NCBI GenBank assembly: GCA_002269645.1
Contig: NIVC01002699.1
Coordinates: 1 to 64,000 of the forward strand
Direction of reading: 5' to 3'
Length of the DNA: 64,000 bases
From: Macrostomum lignano
Taxonomy: Eukaryota
A model generated the notes under the pieces. The model saw nothing but the letters and a program-made list of their open reading frames with translations. It was not told the origin of the DNA and did not search any database. Both the position numbers and the translations under genes were made by a program. This document shows, piece after piece, positions 62,201-64,000 of the stretch. The number at the start of each line of letters is the position of its first letter. Within the stretch, counting starts at the first letter, position 1.

Positions 62201-63409
62201 AACCAAAGCAGACCTAAATTAGCACAGAGTGCACCTAAACCTAATCAGACCTAAATTAGCACAGAGTGCACCTAAACCTAACCAGACCTAAATTAGCACA
62301 GAGTGCACCTAAACCTAATCAGACCTAAAATAGCACAGAGTGCACCTAAACCTAACCAGACCTAAATTAGCTCATGGTGCACCTAATAACCACCTAAATT
62401 AGCATAGTGCGCCTAAACCTAATCAGTTCCAATGAGTGTCCCAAAACCTAACCAGACCTAAATTAGCACAGAGTGCACCTAAACCTAATCAGACCTAAAG
62501 TAGCACAGAGTGTACCTAAACCAAAGCAGACCTAAATTAGCACAGAGTGCACCTAAACCTAATCAGACCTAAATTAGCACAGAGTGCACCTAAACCTAAC
62601 CAGACCTAAATGAGCACAGAGTACGCAGACCTAATTGGACCTAAATTAACATAGTTTATCCATATCTAATAAGTACAGTGCACTTTATTAATAAAAATTT
62701 GTTCCTTATAATTCTGTATTTTTCTGTTCTGTTAATAATAGTAAAGAAAAATAATATTAATAATACCAATGTATTAATGTAGTAATGCAGTATTACTGTA
62801 ATATTCAAACAATACGCAGTATTCAAATCGGCTCAGCAAGCTCAGGCTCAGGGTAAGCCATGAAGTAAAACGAAAGTTCTTATTTTGAAAATATCAACTG
62901 TCAAATTGTTTGATAATTGGAAAAAATGAGAAATAATAATAATAAGGATTTGATAGATATTGCTTTTATCTGGCAGTTTTTCTTGTTCTGGGTTAATGTT
63001 TATGTTTTCGAGTGAGTTCGCTCTATTTTTTCTTCTATTACATATCGTTGACCTATGCTTCAAATTTTCCTATAAAACAATAAGATTTATACTACTTATG
63101 AACAGTTTTTCAGTAAGTAGTATAATAGAATATAAGCTATAAATGCCTTGCTGGTAAATGGTTTCTTTAAATGCTAAAATTTACTGTTTTATCCCAGCGA
63201 GTAAAAAAGATTGTTAATAATTGCTTTTGTATACTTGCTAATGATGAATATCCTCATTATAAACGAATATAACTCGACTCTCCTTTGTTTGTGTGTGAAT
63301 TATTTTTCCAGCCGAGGGCGAACTCAAAAGGCGCGCCGTGGACGCCGCTGCCGACCAAATTTCGGCGCCCAACTCCGACGAAACCGGCGACTTTAGCAAG
63401 ACCGATTGA
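59268..63409 (+). CDS. REEP5: REEP5/6 (YOP1/DP1/HVA22 family) ER-shaping protein, 199 aa. Exons 59268-59379, 61476-61865, 63312-63409
   Basis: Phase-1 GT-AG junctions. [53 protein letters not shown] and GSVLLYNRVIRP are classic TB2/DP1/HVA22 motifs. Confidence 0.95.
60404..61159 (+). mobile_element. Internally deleted Tc1/mariner transposon of the DD37D (maT) family inside REEP intron 1
   Basis: TA|CAGTGTGCGGCTGCTAAATCCGGAA ... TTCCAGATTTAGCTGCCGCATACTG|TA gives 25-bp TIRs (22/25 identical) with a TA TSD. The internal ORF carries FQQDSAPAH and WPPSSPDCNPLDY with 37 residues between the two Asp. Confidence 0.95.
60544..61035 (+). pseudogene. C-terminal fragment of a DD37D transposase (HTH domain and first catalytic Asp missing)
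   Basis: Uninterrupted 163-aa frame KYPAHIMVFG...VVAADGGFFE covering only the distal catalytic domain. Confidence 0.88.
61890..62650. repeat. ~37-bp minisatellite ACCAGACCTAAATTAGCACAGAGTGCACCTAAACCTA in REEP intron 2
   Basis: Direct reading. Confidence 0.95.
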
Positions 63410-63699
63410 GTTAAGTTGATGAGAGAACTGTCTAAAAGTCTATTGCTAACTATACTACTGTTGGAGAATTCGGAGTAGTAGTGTGATAGGAATATTTTCT
63501 AGCTAAATATTGACAGTGAGGGACCAGATCGTTTTTCTGTGAGCGTGATGTGTTTTTTCAATGAATAAAATCAAAATTTATCGTTTCCTGATCCTTTTTT
63601 ACCTGATGATATAGTAACACTTATTAATTAGCAGGATTTATAATTACTCCGGTAATTAAGGTATTACTGATTCGATAAGAACTTCTTTTCAAGTTGTCA

Positions 63700-64000
63700 A
63701 CTTCTCCCCATATCTCACTGTCTACTTCTCCCCCATATCTCACTGTCTACTTCTCCCCCATATGTCACTGTCTACTTCTCCCCATATCTCACTGTCTACT
63801 TCTCCCCATATCTCACTGTCTACTTCTCCCCATATCTCACTGTCTACTTCTCCCCATATCTCACTGTCTACTTCTCCCCATATCTCACTGTCTACTTCTC
63901 CCCATATCTCACTGTCTACTTCTCCCCATATCTCACTGTCTACTTCTCCCCATATCTCACTGTCTACTTCTCCCCATATCTCACTGTCTATTTCTCCCCA
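63700..64000. repeat. 24-bp minisatellite CCCATATCTCACTGTCTACTTCTC, running off the window end
   Basis: Direct reading. Confidence 0.96.

Overview
Eukaryotic (metazoan) genomic DNA. It has GC-rich exons with poly-Ala/Gln/Ser/Gly tracts and AT-rich GT-AG introns, and most long introns carry their own minisatellite. This style resembles the flatworm Macrostomum lignano, but that is inference only. I assembled nine spliced or single-exon genes by hand from splice sites, phase consistency and recalled family motifs. In order: the 3' part of an SBF1/SBF2 (MTMR5/13) pseudophosphatase with a C-terminal PH domain; an F-box protein; an ETX/MTX2 (aerolysin-like) beta-pore-forming protein; an ABCG2-like half transporter with two long low-complexity 5' exons; a highly divergent Rab-like GTPase; COA4; a secreted protein with an uncharacterised domain; a secreted PAN/apple + F-type lectin; and a REEP5/YOP1-like protein. 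Mobile DNA comprises an internally deleted DD37D (maT) Tc1/mariner element in REEP intron 1 and two MITEs. More than 25 tandem arrays are present, and several are built around canonical transcription-factor motifs (nuclear-receptor IR0, E2F, NF-Y, ETS). No rRNA, tRNA or CRISPR array is supported. All homology calls come from recalled motifs; no database search was run.
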